Sequence record: LC727695.1
Direction: 5' to 3' (one strand)
DNA: 64,000 nucleotides
Both the position numbers and the translations under genes were made by a program. Position 1 is the stretch's first letter, and each line of letters opens with the position of its first letter. Of this stretch, positions 17,786 to 27,033 are shown piece after piece. The notes below the pieces were generated by a model that searched no databases, was not told the DNA's origin, and was given only the letters and a program-made list of their open reading frames with translations.

Positions 17786-18079
17786 TTAATCCTCAGTCAG
17801 CGTAGCATAATCTACATAAAGATCATTGAGTTGCTCTTTTAATGAAATATTTATTTTTAATTCATTAAGAGTAATCCTATTCCAATGTTTACGCGGATTA
17901 CCACATAGCATACAACGAGACCTACCGCAGTTAAACGGATTATGTTTACGCCATTTACCTTTAGCCTTTGCTGAAGGATTAGTGTCATTATAACGACTCT
18001 CGGCTAGTGAAACATAATAATTAACTATACGAGTATTGTGATGACGATTAAGTTGTGCAGATAGTTTGTTGCTTGACAT
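17786..18079 (-). CDS. basic Cys-motif phage protein
   Basis: CGRSRCMLCGNPRK motif, possible Zn site; GGAG SD. Confidence 0.7.
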   Translation of the reverse strand: MSSNKLSAQLNRHHNTRIVNYYVSLAESRYNDTNPSAKAKGKWRKHNPFNCGRSRCMLCGNPRKHWNRITLNELKINISLKEQLNDLYVDYATLTED

Positions 18080-18178
18080 ATTTATACTCCACCTTAATAC
18101 CCCTACCCCAATATGGAGTAGGGTAAAGTATGTAGTAGAGTAAATTTAATACATTAACTTTTAACATTCTAAACTTCA

Positions 18179-18679
18179 TTAATTTTCCACAATATCCTGG
18201 ATGGTACGTAGACTTTCTTGCATTGTCAGTAAGAAATTACGATAAGGTTCACTGGTGTCCAAAAAAGGTGGCATGTTTAACCTATTAGTAACCTCTTCTA
18301 GAAATTCTTTATACTTATAAAGATTAATAGTGAATTTATTACAATCTGGATCAGTAGTAGTTGGGATAATATAATTACGAATAATGTAGTAAATATGAAA
18401 ACTGCTACCATATTCAATTAAAGTATAAGGATTATCATCAATGAATTTCTGTGCTTCTTTTCCTTTTAAGGCGAAATCTTCTCGTTCAACGATTTCATGA
18501 AGTAGCGGCCCTAAGAATTGCATTGGAATCACACCATACATTTTAGCGAATTCCTTAATATCTTTATATGTTACTTTTGGATTAGGATATACCTCACGAT
18601 TCCTACCAATATTTCTAACTAGATATAGTTTTTCTTTTACTAAGATATTTTCGATGCATAGTTCATCTTTAAATAGCAT
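18179..18679 (-). CDS. hypothetical protein
   Basis: 166-aa ORF. Confidence 0.7.
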   Translation of the reverse strand: MLFKDELCIENILVKEKLYLVRNIGRNREVYPNPKVTYKDIKEFAKMYGVIPMQFLGPLLHEIVEREDFALKGKEAQKFIDDNPYTLIEYGSSFHIYYIIRNYIIPTTTDPDCNKFTINLYKYKEFLEEVTNRLNMPPFLDTSEPYRNFLLTMQESLRTIQDIVEN

Positions 18680-18728
18680 AAAATATTTTCCTTTTAATAA
18701 GATGGTATTAAACTTTTTTCTTTATTGA

Positions 18729-19562
18729 CTAATATTTTCTTCGTTCGATGCCCTGTAGTTTCGCGAATGTGTCGATCTTGTACTGGTCAACAAAATGCCA
18801 GGCTAGATCGGTAAGTGCATAGATGTCCGGACGTTCGTATTTACCGAAGTCTGGTTTCTCACGACTCAATTGAAAATCGATGAACTGATCTAATATAGGG
18901 CAACGATCTATCAGATCCTGTTCAGTAGCCCCAACCTTATCATTAACCAGTTCTTGGATACGTTTATAAAGGATAGGATCTGTTAGAAGAGGCAGTAGAT
19001 CATGGAATACCATCGGTGGATGTTCCAGACTTTCACGGACCCAAATTGCAGCCAACAGAGGACGAAGAGAATAGAAGTATTTCTTCATCCGGACTTTCTC
19101 ATCTGACAACCAACGCATTTTGGTTTGTTTGGCCATCGAGATATAATGCATGTAACTCGATTCAGGGATGAAGTGCTTTAGCGCAGCATCACGGATTAAC
19201 TTGTAGTCCCGATCAACCTTACGGTAAACGATTGGGGAGTTTAGCCATTCCAAGAGAGTGGGGTTAGACTTGTAAGCAAGCTGAAGAGTCTTAGTGATAC
19301 TCCAACCAGCTAGGTCTAGTTCTTTAGACACCATCTCTTCAATAGTATCACGTGCTTCATTATCCACACGAACATAATGACTCGGATGGTTAACGTAAAT
19401 GAAACGAACGTCATAGTCACTATTGGTTGAAGCAAAGCCCCATCCACGACTACCGGACTCACAAGCATAAATAATCTTTACACCATATTTCTTTTCGATA
19501 CGGTCTAGTTCTACATTAATCGTTACCCGCATCTCATCGTTAACTGGATGACGTTGATCCAT
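18729..19562 (-). CDS. DNA polymerase beta-superfamily nucleotidyltransferase (YcgL/RlaP-like)
   Basis: YACESGSRGWGFASTNSDYDVRFIY, ELDLAGW, SNPTLLEWL.SP, KKYFY.LRP. Confidence 0.9.
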   Translation of the reverse strand: MDQRHPVNDEMRVTINVELDRIEKKYGVKIIYACESGSRGWGFASTNSDYDVRFIYVNHPSHYVRVDNEARDTIEEMVSKELDLAGWSITKTLQLAYKSNPTLLEWLNSPIVYRKVDRDYKLIRDAALKHFIPESSYMHYISMAKQTKMRWLSDEKVRMKKYFYSLRPLLAAIWVRESLEHPPMVFHDLLPLLTDPILYKRIQELVNDKVGATEQDLIDRCPILDQFIDFQLSREKPDFGKYERPDIYALTDLAWHFVDQYKIDTFAKLQGIERRKY

Positions 19563-19969
19563 TATCCACCAACCTTTTCAAATTTGAGTTTTTCTTCTTT
19601 ACCTGTGTCCAGATACATGAACATCGATGTACCCAGCAAGTTGTATACAAACCAACCTTTGCTCACAAGTTCCTCTTCGAATTTCAGTGGTGCCGATAGT
19701 TCGCATATAGCCTCGTACGGGATGACAATAGGCTCTTTCTCGGGCTTAGTAAGAATCAGTGCATGATCTGCAAGCTTCAACCATTGCTTGCGACTACTGA
19801 TACCAAGACCAATACTAAACTCTTCACCTGGATCTTTTCCGTTAAAAAGGCTACAGCGAGTTTCTTTGGTTACTCTATTACCGGCGATACCGATCGTGAG
19901 AGGATCAGGAAAGACCCCCATCAGTTCAATAACCATTTCAAGTTGACGCTTCAGTTCAGTGTTGTTCAT
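19562..19969 (-). CDS. hypothetical protein
   Basis: 135-aa ORF, stop/start coupled. Confidence 0.7.
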   Translation of the reverse strand: MNNTELKRQLEMVIELMGVFPDPLTIGIAGNRVTKETRCSLFNGKDPGEEFSIGLGISSRKQWLKLADHALILTKPEKEPIVIPYEAICELSAPLKFEEELVSKGWFVYNLLGTSMFMYLDTGKEEKLKFEKVGG

Positions 19970-20077
19970 AGGACAAATTCCTTTGTATTGTATTTACGTA
20001 CTACATCGGTCCACTAGGCAGGAGTCTGTGCATAGTAGTATTCGCTGAATATCCCAAATGAACCATAGGGAAATAAA

Positions 20078-20095
20078 GCCTCCCCAAAGGGAGGC
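20078..20095 (-). terminator. intrinsic terminator after thyA
   Basis: GCCUCCC-UUUG-GGGAGGC-UUUA. Confidence 0.9.
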
Positions 20096-20102
20096 ATTTA
20101 TG

Positions 20103-21569
20103 TTAGACAGCAACTTTACCAGCAATGTGTGAATGATATTCGTAGTTTTCGATAACAAAATCATCTACACCAATTTCCCGAATATCTTTACCAATAGCTT
20201 CTTGTTTGAAACGAATAGTTGGTAGAACCTTCGGTTCACGAGTTAATTGAAGATCAGTCTGTTCTTGGTGATTAGAGTAAATATGTACATCACCACCAGT
20301 CCAGATAAACTCTTCAGCAATCATATTCATTTGGTTAGCTAACATGTGAGTCAGCAGACTATAGAACGTGATGTTAAAGGGTTTTCCTAAGAAAGTATCA
20401 CAAGATCTTTGATAGAGTTGACAACTGATGGCTCGTTTCGGAACACCATGTTGATCCAGCCATTCTACTACTGCTTCATCTGTAGCCTTTTCATAACCAC
20501 GACAGACACGCAGAAGTGCTTTAACCTGCTCAGCACTATCGAATGGAGGTTGACCACGAGTAATCTCACCACTAATCTTATCATGATAAGCATCAGCTTC
20601 GAACTGGGTTTGGTCTAGAGCTTGCACTCGTTCATCTACGGTCAGTTCACGGGTCCAGAACTGAATAAATGCGTGGCAAGGTGGGAGTGCCTGCTCATCA
20701 ATAAGATGTGGCGCCCATGCACAAACAATGATCCGACGAGAATCCGGGTTGGTGCGAAGTTGATCGATGATGTCTTGGATTTGGTCGATACGTCGAGTAA
20801 CCACGCATCTATCGGTTTCCATGGTTGTACCTGGGATATCCGCCACGAAGTCAAAACCACGCTTCTCATAATCAAACCACTCATATTTAGGGATTACACG
20901 AGTGTCTTCAAGATTACGCCATGTCTTACCGTAAACAGCACCTAGATCGCCGCCGACCAGACGCTCTGGTTCTTTATGCATCAAAGCACGATACAGTCGC
21001 TTGTTATATTCAGCACGAATACCTTCAGGATTTTTGGCTTCATCGAACCCTTCAGTAGCGAACCTATTCCACGACGTTACGCTAACTCCAATGATGTATT
21101 GGATTTCCTCACGGTTAACTGGATATTCATCCCAGAAGGCCTGAATAGTCTCTGGAGTCATACCCGACTCGAATTCCGCTACAGTCTCAATGAATGGAGT
21201 AGAGTCATCGTTCATACAATGTAAGTACATTACGAATGGGGCACCAATGAGGGCAGTTACTGCTTTAAGAACGGCCTCATCGGTCATCGGCTCATATACT
21301 GCGGTTTCAGGTTTAACCCACTCGTTCCAGATGCGTACACCATTAGCGATCAGGTAATCCACCTTAGTATCACCTGACAGCATCCAGAACAATTCATGAA
21401 TTACAGAAGCTAGATGAATCTTCTTGGTGGTTACAACTGGTAGCCGATTATTACGCAGACTATAACGTTCTTGTTGACCAAACATGCTCTGAGTACCAGT
21501 ACCAGTACGGTCACCTTTATGTACACCGTGTTCTTTAACTAAACGGATTGAATTAAGATATTGTTCCAT
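20103..21569 (-). CDS. thyA: thymidylate synthase with large insertions
   Basis: DRTGTGT, LPPCH, YQRSCD.FLG.PFNI, GDVHIY.NH. Confidence 0.97.
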   Translation of the reverse strand: MEQYLNSIRLVKEHGVHKGDRTGTGTQSMFGQQERYSLRNNRLPVVTTKKIHLASVIHELFWMLSGDTKVDYLIANGVRIWNEWVKPETAVYEPMTDEAVLKAVTALIGAPFVMYLHCMNDDSTPFIETVAEFESGMTPETIQAFWDEYPVNREEIQYIIGVSVTSWNRFATEGFDEAKNPEGIRAEYNKRLYRALMHKEPERLVGGDLGAVYGKTWRNLEDTRVIPKYEWFDYEKRGFDFVADIPGTTMETDRCVVTRRIDQIQDIIDQLRTNPDSRRIIVCAWAPHLIDEQALPPCHAFIQFWTRELTVDERVQALDQTQFEADAYHDKISGEITRGQPPFDSAEQVKALLRVCRGYEKATDEAVVEWLDQHGVPKRAISCQLYQRSCDTFLGKPFNITFYSLLTHMLANQMNMIAEEFIWTGGDVHIYSNHQEQTDLQLTREPKVLPTIRFKQEAIGKDIREIGVDDFVIENYEYHSHIAGKVAV

Positions 21570-21769
21570 TACTTGATCCTCGGATTGTCTACTAGTCCAC
21601 AGTTGAACCAGAGATGTTTATCATGGCGGCGATCATCACTAATAGATACGATCGTACCCTTACCATCTTTAAAGTTAATAATCAATGCCCGAACTCGGCC
21701 ATGGGAGAGAGCATTGAAAATTTTGTACGACTTTACACTGAATGCGATTCTTTCATCAAGACGATCCAT
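21569..21769 (-). CDS. hypothetical protein
   Basis: 66-aa ORF coupled to the thyA start. Confidence 0.6.
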   Translation of the reverse strand: MDRLDERIAFSVKSYKIFNALSHGRVRALIINFKDGKGTIVSISDDRRHDKHLWFNCGLVDNPRIK

Positions 21770-21796
21770 ACTTCATTCCTCTAACCTTACTGGTAA

Positions 21797-22090
21797 TCAT
21801 AGATCAACCTCTATCCGTTTGTATTTGATATTAACTGGAATACCTAATTCATTTTTTACAAGATTAAATGAGTTTTTCGATGGAGTGTATGTAGCAACTA
21901 TAACGGCTTGACTATCAACTACAGCTACATCTCGCCATTCCATGTGCATGTTATCGAAATCATCTTTACCCATGATCAAGTAATAAGACGTATCATTATG
22001 CGTAATGGTATTTTCAAACGGTCTAATTACAAAAGCACTTAAACTAGACGGTATACGGTGTCCTACTTGTTCAAGTGTAACTGTATACAT
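21797..22090 (-). CDS. hypothetical protein
   Basis: 97-aa ORF, GGAGG SD. Confidence 0.7.
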   Translation of the reverse strand: MYTVTLEQVGHRIPSSLSAFVIRPFENTITHNDTSYYLIMGKDDFDNMHMEWRDVAVVDSQAVIVATYTPSKNSFNLVKNELGIPVNIKYKRIEVDL

Positions 22091-22111
22091 AAAACCTCCT
22101 AGACGATATAC

Positions 22112-22131
22112 GGGAGTCCCGAAGGACTCCC
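22112..22131 (-). terminator. intrinsic terminator, UUCG loop
   Basis: GGGAGUCC-UUCG-GGACUCCC. Confidence 0.8.
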
Positions 22132-22195
22132 TAAGCGCAACTAACCAATCGGCTAGTATCTTACCTATATTATTAGTCTATAAGAAGTATTTTTA

Positions 22196-22903
22196 TTACA
22201 GACCAATACGAGTCAAAATTTCAGCCCAACCTTTCTCTTTAGCATATCGCAATAGGCTATTTTCAATATGGGTCTCACTATAGACAATAGGCTCATGACC
22301 ACCTTGCACATGATACATTGTTAATGGTTCCACCACATGTTGACTAGACCAAGCATCGTATAAACGATCATTGATTTTAATCACCACATATACCATCAAT
22401 TTATCGTCGATGTCAAGATCAATACCTGCTACAAATGCATTAACATTGGAACGCACTTGGTCAGCAGTTAGTTGCACTTGCAGCCCGCCATGTACTTCAA
22501 ATTCGATATCACAGATATTCTTATTTAACCAAGTATACACTGCCTGATTAGCATATGTCTCAATTGGATCACTACTACGTAAATCTATTAATGGACCATA
22601 TGTTTCTAATGATGAGACACTGGTATCAACTAAGTCATTCAATGAGTATTCGGTACTAGAACAACTATCTAAAACACAGATAGTGTTATCCTCGATATGG
22701 ATAGGTAATACCTTGAATACCACATTAGCAACATTAGGTAATGAGGTACCTGGTTCAGAACTATTGAATGGAGTATAAAATAATCGATCAGCCACTTCAT
22801 TATCAATAGTTGATACATCCATTGGAACGAATCCATTAAGATCTTGTTTGATTACGTCATTGTGTCCAATTCCAGAAAAAGATAAATACATTTTCTCAGA
22901 CAT
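22196..22903 (-). CDS. hypothetical protein
   Basis: 235-aa acidic ORF. Confidence 0.75.
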   Translation of the reverse strand: MSEKMYLSFSGIGHNDVIKQDLNGFVPMDVSTIDNEVADRLFYTPFNSSEPGTSLPNVANVVFKVLPIHIEDNTICVLDSCSSTEYSLNDLVDTSVSSLETYGPLIDLRSSDPIETYANQAVYTWLNKNICDIEFEVHGGLQVQLTADQVRSNVNAFVAGIDLDIDDKLMVYVVIKINDRLYDAWSSQHVVEPLTMYHVQGGHEPIVYSETHIENSLLRYAKEKGWAEILTRIGL

Positions 22904-22911
22904 ATCCGTAC

Positions 22912-23169
22912 CTATTTATTTACACAGATTAGAGTATGTTCTACTTTACTAGTACTAGAAGAAAAATAACGTAATAGAACACCATCACTGATTTTTACAG
23001 TCTCTACATTATTACGAATAGCACTTGCTTTAGCTAGTTTTTGAATGCGCTCAATCGCGCTAAAACAAGTAGCCATGTCAGAGAACTCAGCGGTTGACTG
23101 CGATGCACCATTGGCTTGATAACCAGCGATACTGATACTACTAAAAAGAATTGCTAAAGTTGCATTCAT
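22912..23169 (-). CDS. small exported two-Cys protein
   Basis: hydrophobic N-terminus, EFSDMATC...LIC. Confidence 0.65.
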   Translation of the reverse strand: MNATLAILFSSISIAGYQANGASQSTAEFSDMATCFSAIERIQKLAKASAIRNNVETVKISDGVLLRYFSSSTSKVEHTLICVNK

Positions 23170-24074
23170 TTCTTACCACCTTTAATAACAGTGAGTTTTG
23201 GTGTACCGGTAGGACGAGAAGGTTTATTAATAATAACCTGCGAATTGGAAGAATTATTGAAATCCTCAACCATCTTATTTACATCATTGTCAAATGAATT
23301 AGATGTATTATCACCCGAGTCCACAGTTGATTCACTAACCACATTTGAAATAGGGTAACTGAGGAGTTCCATCATAAGTACATTGATGTTATCCTGATAG
23401 TTTTCATTACGTGTACTATTAATAACCCGCTCACACCAATCCATAATTAATTCTGGTGCATTCTGTTTAATTACAGTTACCGCTACTCTAATATGTGCAT
23501 CTAATTCTGGATTACTAAATTCAGTTACTCTGTTAATGGCGCTTTCAATCATCTGATCATGCTCATTCTCAGATGTATTCCTTACAACTAACTTACCATT
23601 AGTGGTATCGGCTTTATTTTTAAAATTAACCTCAGTGACATTACCTACGGTAGTTAATACTGGGTTTTTGTCAACTACATTATTAACAGTTCCTTCTAAT
23701 GTTGCACGAATAGTATCTGCATTGAGATATCTATCTACTAGTGGCATTTCAAAGAATGCGTTAGAATTATCATCAATAGGTGTAACTACACCCAATACTG
23801 CATAAAGAGGAAGTTTAATACTGACCCCAACTCCATTTACTGTTACATTGAAAGAGATATATTCGTCACTGATATAAAAATTCTTTGCACAGCGTGGATG
23901 GATATTGAAAGTGATAGTGTGATCTTCTTTCGCATGCTTTAGAGCTACCTCAGATAAATCAGGTACTAATTGAGTATGTGCTACAATTAGAATATCTCTG
24001 AAGTTATTCTCAAGAAACCAATCATAGGTAGCTCGAAGAATATGGCCAGTGAGTAATGATTTTACCTTTAGCAT
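23166..24074 (-). CDS. sspB: SspB-like ClpXP adaptor with C-terminal extension
   Basis: LRATYDW, ITFNI.P.., ISFN....GV...I..P..AV; C-terminal PKLTVIK like the SspB ClpX-binding tail. Confidence 0.8.
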   Translation of the reverse strand: MLKVKSLLTGHILRATYDWFLENNFRDILIVAHTQLVPDLSEVALKHAKEDHTITFNIHPRCAKNFYISDEYISFNVTVNGVGVSIKLPLYAVLGVVTPIDDNSNAFFEMPLVDRYLNADTIRATLEGTVNNVVDKNPVLTTVGNVTEVNFKNKADTTNGKLVVRNTSENEHDQMIESAINRVTEFSNPELDAHIRVAVTVIKQNAPELIMDWCERVINSTRNENYQDNINVLMMELLSYPISNVVSESTVDSGDNTSNSFDNDVNKMVEDFNNSSNSQVIINKPSRPTGTPKLTVIKGGKK

Positions 24075-24096
24075 ATTTGTATTACCTTTAAATAAA

Positions 24097-24564
24097 TTAT
24101 AGGAAGATATCTTCTACTGAGGGCACTATATTCTTTTCTTTTACAAGTTCAGTAGATTTGGTATAATGTGCATTAAATAGTTTCTTTAAATCTGCTTTTT
24201 CATATTTTACAGTATCTGCTAATTTCCAAATAGTAAGACCTAGATGAATACTAACTGAATTAACATGTTTTACGCATAGATCAATTAATTTGTTAAACTC
24301 TTCTAATTCATTTTTAATCAACGTTGCATCTAAAGCTTGGTGCAAACGATTAGATAATTTAACTTTATCTTTGTCAATTGTAAAGTTATTTTCAATATCC
24401 TTAGCACTCATCGGTGGTTCAACTTTATACCACACATTGGTTAGTTTACCGTCCACACGCGTCGTGATGGGATGTTTATAATCAGTCCAACTTCTATGTA
24501 GATTATGTTTATCATCAAGAACATCTACAGTAACTTTCTCATTACCTGTAAAGAATGGATACAT
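24097..24564 (-). CDS. hypothetical protein
   Basis: 155-aa ORF. Confidence 0.7.
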   Translation of the reverse strand: MYPFFTGNEKVTVDVLDDKHNLHRSWTDYKHPITTRVDGKLTNVWYKVEPPMSAKDIENNFTIDKDKVKLSNRLHQALDATLIKNELEEFNKLIDLCVKHVNSVSIHLGLTIWKLADTVKYEKADLKKLFNAHYTKSTELVKEKNIVPSVEDIFL

Positions 24565-24737
24565 TAGGTTGCCTTTATTTTATCAATGAGTAATTTTAAT
24601 AGTTCATCATTAGTTAAATTGTCTTTATTTTTAATAATGTCTTTTAGTTTAAACATATTGAAAGTATACCACAACCACTTATGAATTATATAACAAATCA
24701 CTATAACTAATAATAGTAGTGAATGTAATGCTAGCAT
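24564..24737 (-). CDS. 57-aa membrane protein (not in ORF track)
   Basis: MLALHSLLLLVIVICYIIHKWLW...; AGGT SD; first gene after promoter; stop overlaps next start. Confidence 0.6.
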   Translation of the reverse strand: MLALHSLLLLVIVICYIIHKWLWYTFNMFKLKDIIKNKDNLTNDELLKLLIDKIKAT

Positions 24738-24773
24738 TATAACTACCTATTTTGATATGACTTGACCAAATAT

Positions 24774-24803
24774 GTAATATAGATTTCAAAAAAAATTTAA
24801 TGC
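24774..24803 (-). promoter_or_regulatory. phiKZ-type early promoter (subtype A)
   Basis: near-identical to 9618-9646. Confidence 0.8.
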
Positions 24804-24808
24804 AATAA

Positions 24809-24830
24809 AGGAGAGCTAAATAGCTCTCCT
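24809..24830 (-). terminator. intrinsic terminator
   Basis: AGGAGAGCTA stem inverted repeat plus U-tract. Confidence 0.85.
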
Positions 24831-24838
24831 ATTTATGC

Positions 24839-25129
24839 TTATTTATTTTTCTTTCTTGACTTATCTTTAATAACTAAGTCTAATGCTTCAAACATTTTAA
24901 CAGCAGTTAAATGGTCGATAGAGTATGCCTTTTTACGTAAACGTCCAATAGCTACTGTATACTGGTATTCAGATAAACCATCACTCATATTGTCAATAAT
25001 TGATAGTGCTTCTTTATAAAGCCTGTTACACTTTATCGTGTGTTTGATGGCATAATAACCCCAGTTAATTAAAGCCATCATTATAATCAGAAACAAAATA
25101 CCTATAATTACTGTCATGATATCATTCAT
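24839..25129 (-). CDS. membrane-anchored protein, paralog of 25122-25439
   Basis: TM then IIDNMSDGLSEYQY. Confidence 0.7.
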   Translation of the reverse strand: MNDIMTVIIGILFLIIMMALINWGYYAIKHTIKCNRLYKEALSIIDNMSDGLSEYQYTVAIGRLRKKAYSIDHLTAVKMFEALDLVIKDKSRKKNK

Positions 25130-25439
25130 TTGCTGTTTCCCTATTATTACATTTTAATATAATCAATGAGTTGATATCGTAAATAAAAGATGTAAAAATA
25201 TGTTGATTTGTTATTTTAGATGATTCTTTATCTATAATGTCTTGGACAGCATTTTGATAGAAAAAATAACTTATGCCATTGGGCATTTTATCTAATACAT
25301 ATCTAACCTTATAAACACCCATCCAGTGAATATAATGATTTTTTATATTAATAATGAAAGTTACACATGTTGATATAGCCGTTAGTGTTATCATTGATAT
25401 AACAAATACTTTATACATTTGCAACCCACAGATTCTCAT
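25122..25439 (-). CDS. membrane-anchored protein, paralog of 24839-25129
   Basis: TM then VLDKMPNGISYFFY. Confidence 0.7.
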   Translation of the reverse strand: MRICGLQMYKVFVISMITLTAISTCVTFIINIKNHYIHWMGVYKVRYVLDKMPNGISYFFYQNAVQDIIDKESSKITNQHIFTSFIYDINSLIILKCNNRETANE

Positions 25440-25452
25440 CTAGATGAAATAA

Positions 25453-25472
25453 ACCAGCCCCGAAGGGCTGGT
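25453..25472 (-). terminator. intrinsic terminator, UUCG loop
   Basis: ACCAGCCC-UUCG-GGGCUGGU-UU. Confidence 0.9.
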
Positions 25473-25474
25473 AT

Positions 25475-25843
25475 TTATTTTACAACCACAGCTTTACCGT
25501 AGTTGTTATCCATACAGGTTTTAAATGATGTAACGTATGCATCACGTGGGCTTTGTCTACGTGAATACACAACGTGCACCTCTTTAATTGCTGCTGGGAG
25601 AACATTGTAAAGAACGTTATCTTTGTTCTTCACGCCGTACCCTTTTAGGGATCGTAGGTTTTCTTCCCATTGTAAAATGGGTGTTTTACGCTGACGTGCT
25701 TCTGCTGTGGCATGTGCTATAAGTGCAACACCATTACAGTAATTCTCGTCAACTACCAACGATGCAGCTAGTGGGTTTGATACGTATAACAACGTACTTA
25801 ATACGGCCACTAACTTCATTACGTGTGTTAAACATTGCATCAC
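25475..25843 (-). CDS. exported two-Cys helical protein (distant member 6)
   Basis: signal peptide ending LAA; ENYC...ARQ and KTCM. Confidence 0.7.
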   Translation of the reverse strand: MMQCLTHVMKLVAVLSTLLYVSNPLAASLVVDENYCNGVALIAHATAEARQRKTPILQWEENLRSLKGYGVKNKDNVLYNVLPAAIKEVHVVYSRRQSPRDAYVTSFKTCMDNNYGKAVVVK

Positions 25844-25896
25844 GTTGTACCTAGGTTGCTAAGATCAGAATATAAAGCTACTAAAATAGCCTTAAA

Positions 25897-26496
25897 TCAT
25901 TCTACAACCTTAACGTTACCATCTTCAATAACTAGATCTTTACCTACAACATCGGCAAGATCTAACTTATCTTTTACTTCCAGTTTCTTGATACTGTGTA
26001 CAAAACGGAATACAGATAGACGAAGAATTAGTTCTTCTGGTACATCAACAACATCAATAAAGTATTCTGATGGGTTGATATCACAATTGACATATTCCCA
26101 ACTTTGTCTTAGTTCAGTTTCATTCTCAGTTACTTGTGCATCAAGAACTTCTTCAAAGTTAATATTGGCAATATTAGTATCATTATCATTCAGATAAGTA
26201 AATTGAAGACTAGCATTATTAATGAATTCTTCTTCAACTACAGTTAGTGCACGTTGAGCGTGAATGGGTAGATGATATCGAATACACCCATTAATAATAA
26301 CCTCATTTGCCTTTTCAATATAACGTTCTTCTTTGAATTTTACATTAGATACGACGTAATCTAGGATTGCCTTGTAATATTCTTTATGATCTGGGTGGCT
26401 CTTTTCAATCCACTGTCGGCTACTTACGCTAATTTTTTTCTCGGCTAGAAAATCTCGGAATTTAGCACGATCGATATAAGCGGTACGTTTTTTCAT
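25897..26496 (-). CDS. hypothetical protein
   Basis: 199-aa ORF, AGGA SD. Confidence 0.75.
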   Translation of the reverse strand: MKKRTAYIDRAKFRDFLAEKKISVSSRQWIEKSHPDHKEYYKAILDYVVSNVKFKEERYIEKANEVIINGCIRYHLPIHAQRALTVVEEEFINNASLQFTYLNDNDTNIANINFEEVLDAQVTENETELRQSWEYVNCDINPSEYFIDVVDVPEELILRLSVFRFVHSIKKLEVKDKLDLADVVGKDLVIEDGNVKVVE

Positions 26497-26508
26497 CAGT
26501 AGTTCCTA

Positions 26509-27024
26509 TTATTTAACATTTCTAGGTGTTAGTTCGATATGTGAACAGATCACATAAGATGCACATGCCAGTACATCTAAACCATAATACTCATCATAAT
26601 GGAAATATCCTCTGAGATTACCTTGTTTAGTAAAGGTGTATTCATCAGCTAAATCTAACTCGTTACTTGTCTCTAGCACATTGATTAATTTATCATATTC
26701 AACTTTTAGTGCTATATCAGTACAGATTATTTGCTTGATATATTTATCAGAGTTTGGATCATTTTTATAATCTAAAGTATCAGTTAATACAGTGGTTAAT
26801 GCTAGAATAACATAGTCATGGTAACTTTCCGGTTGTTTAATCTCACCTTCAGGTATTTCAATCCATTCCCAACCATGTCGTAATATATTTAGCATTACAT
26901 GCCACTTACTGGTTTCATTACTAACCACAGCTATTGGTGAATCATTATAAGGTTTATACAAACCTGTTGTTTTTAAAAGATCTTTTTTAATAGCAGCTAT
27001 ATATAACGGGCGGTTTTCTGACAT
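26509..27024 (-). CDS. hypothetical protein
   Basis: 171-aa ORF. Confidence 0.7.
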   Translation of the reverse strand: MSENRPLYIAAIKKDLLKTTGLYKPYNDSPIAVVSNETSKWHVMLNILRHGWEWIEIPEGEIKQPESYHDYVILALTTVLTDTLDYKNDPNSDKYIKQIICTDIALKVEYDKLINVLETSNELDLADEYTFTKQGNLRGYFHYDEYYGLDVLACASYVICSHIELTPRNVK

Positions 27025-27033
27025 TTTTATAAC

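Noticed and set aside
20103-21569. Intein or intron in thyA, or a base-modifying dCMP hydroxymethylase
   Set aside because: The ORF is continuous, the inserts lack intein C/S...HN ends and LAGLIDADG motifs, and the Asn in PFNI indicates dUMP specificity.
22196-22903. Degenerate NUDIX hydrolase
   Set aside because: There is only a vague fold-like impression and no GX5EX7REUXEE box, so it is left as hypothetical.
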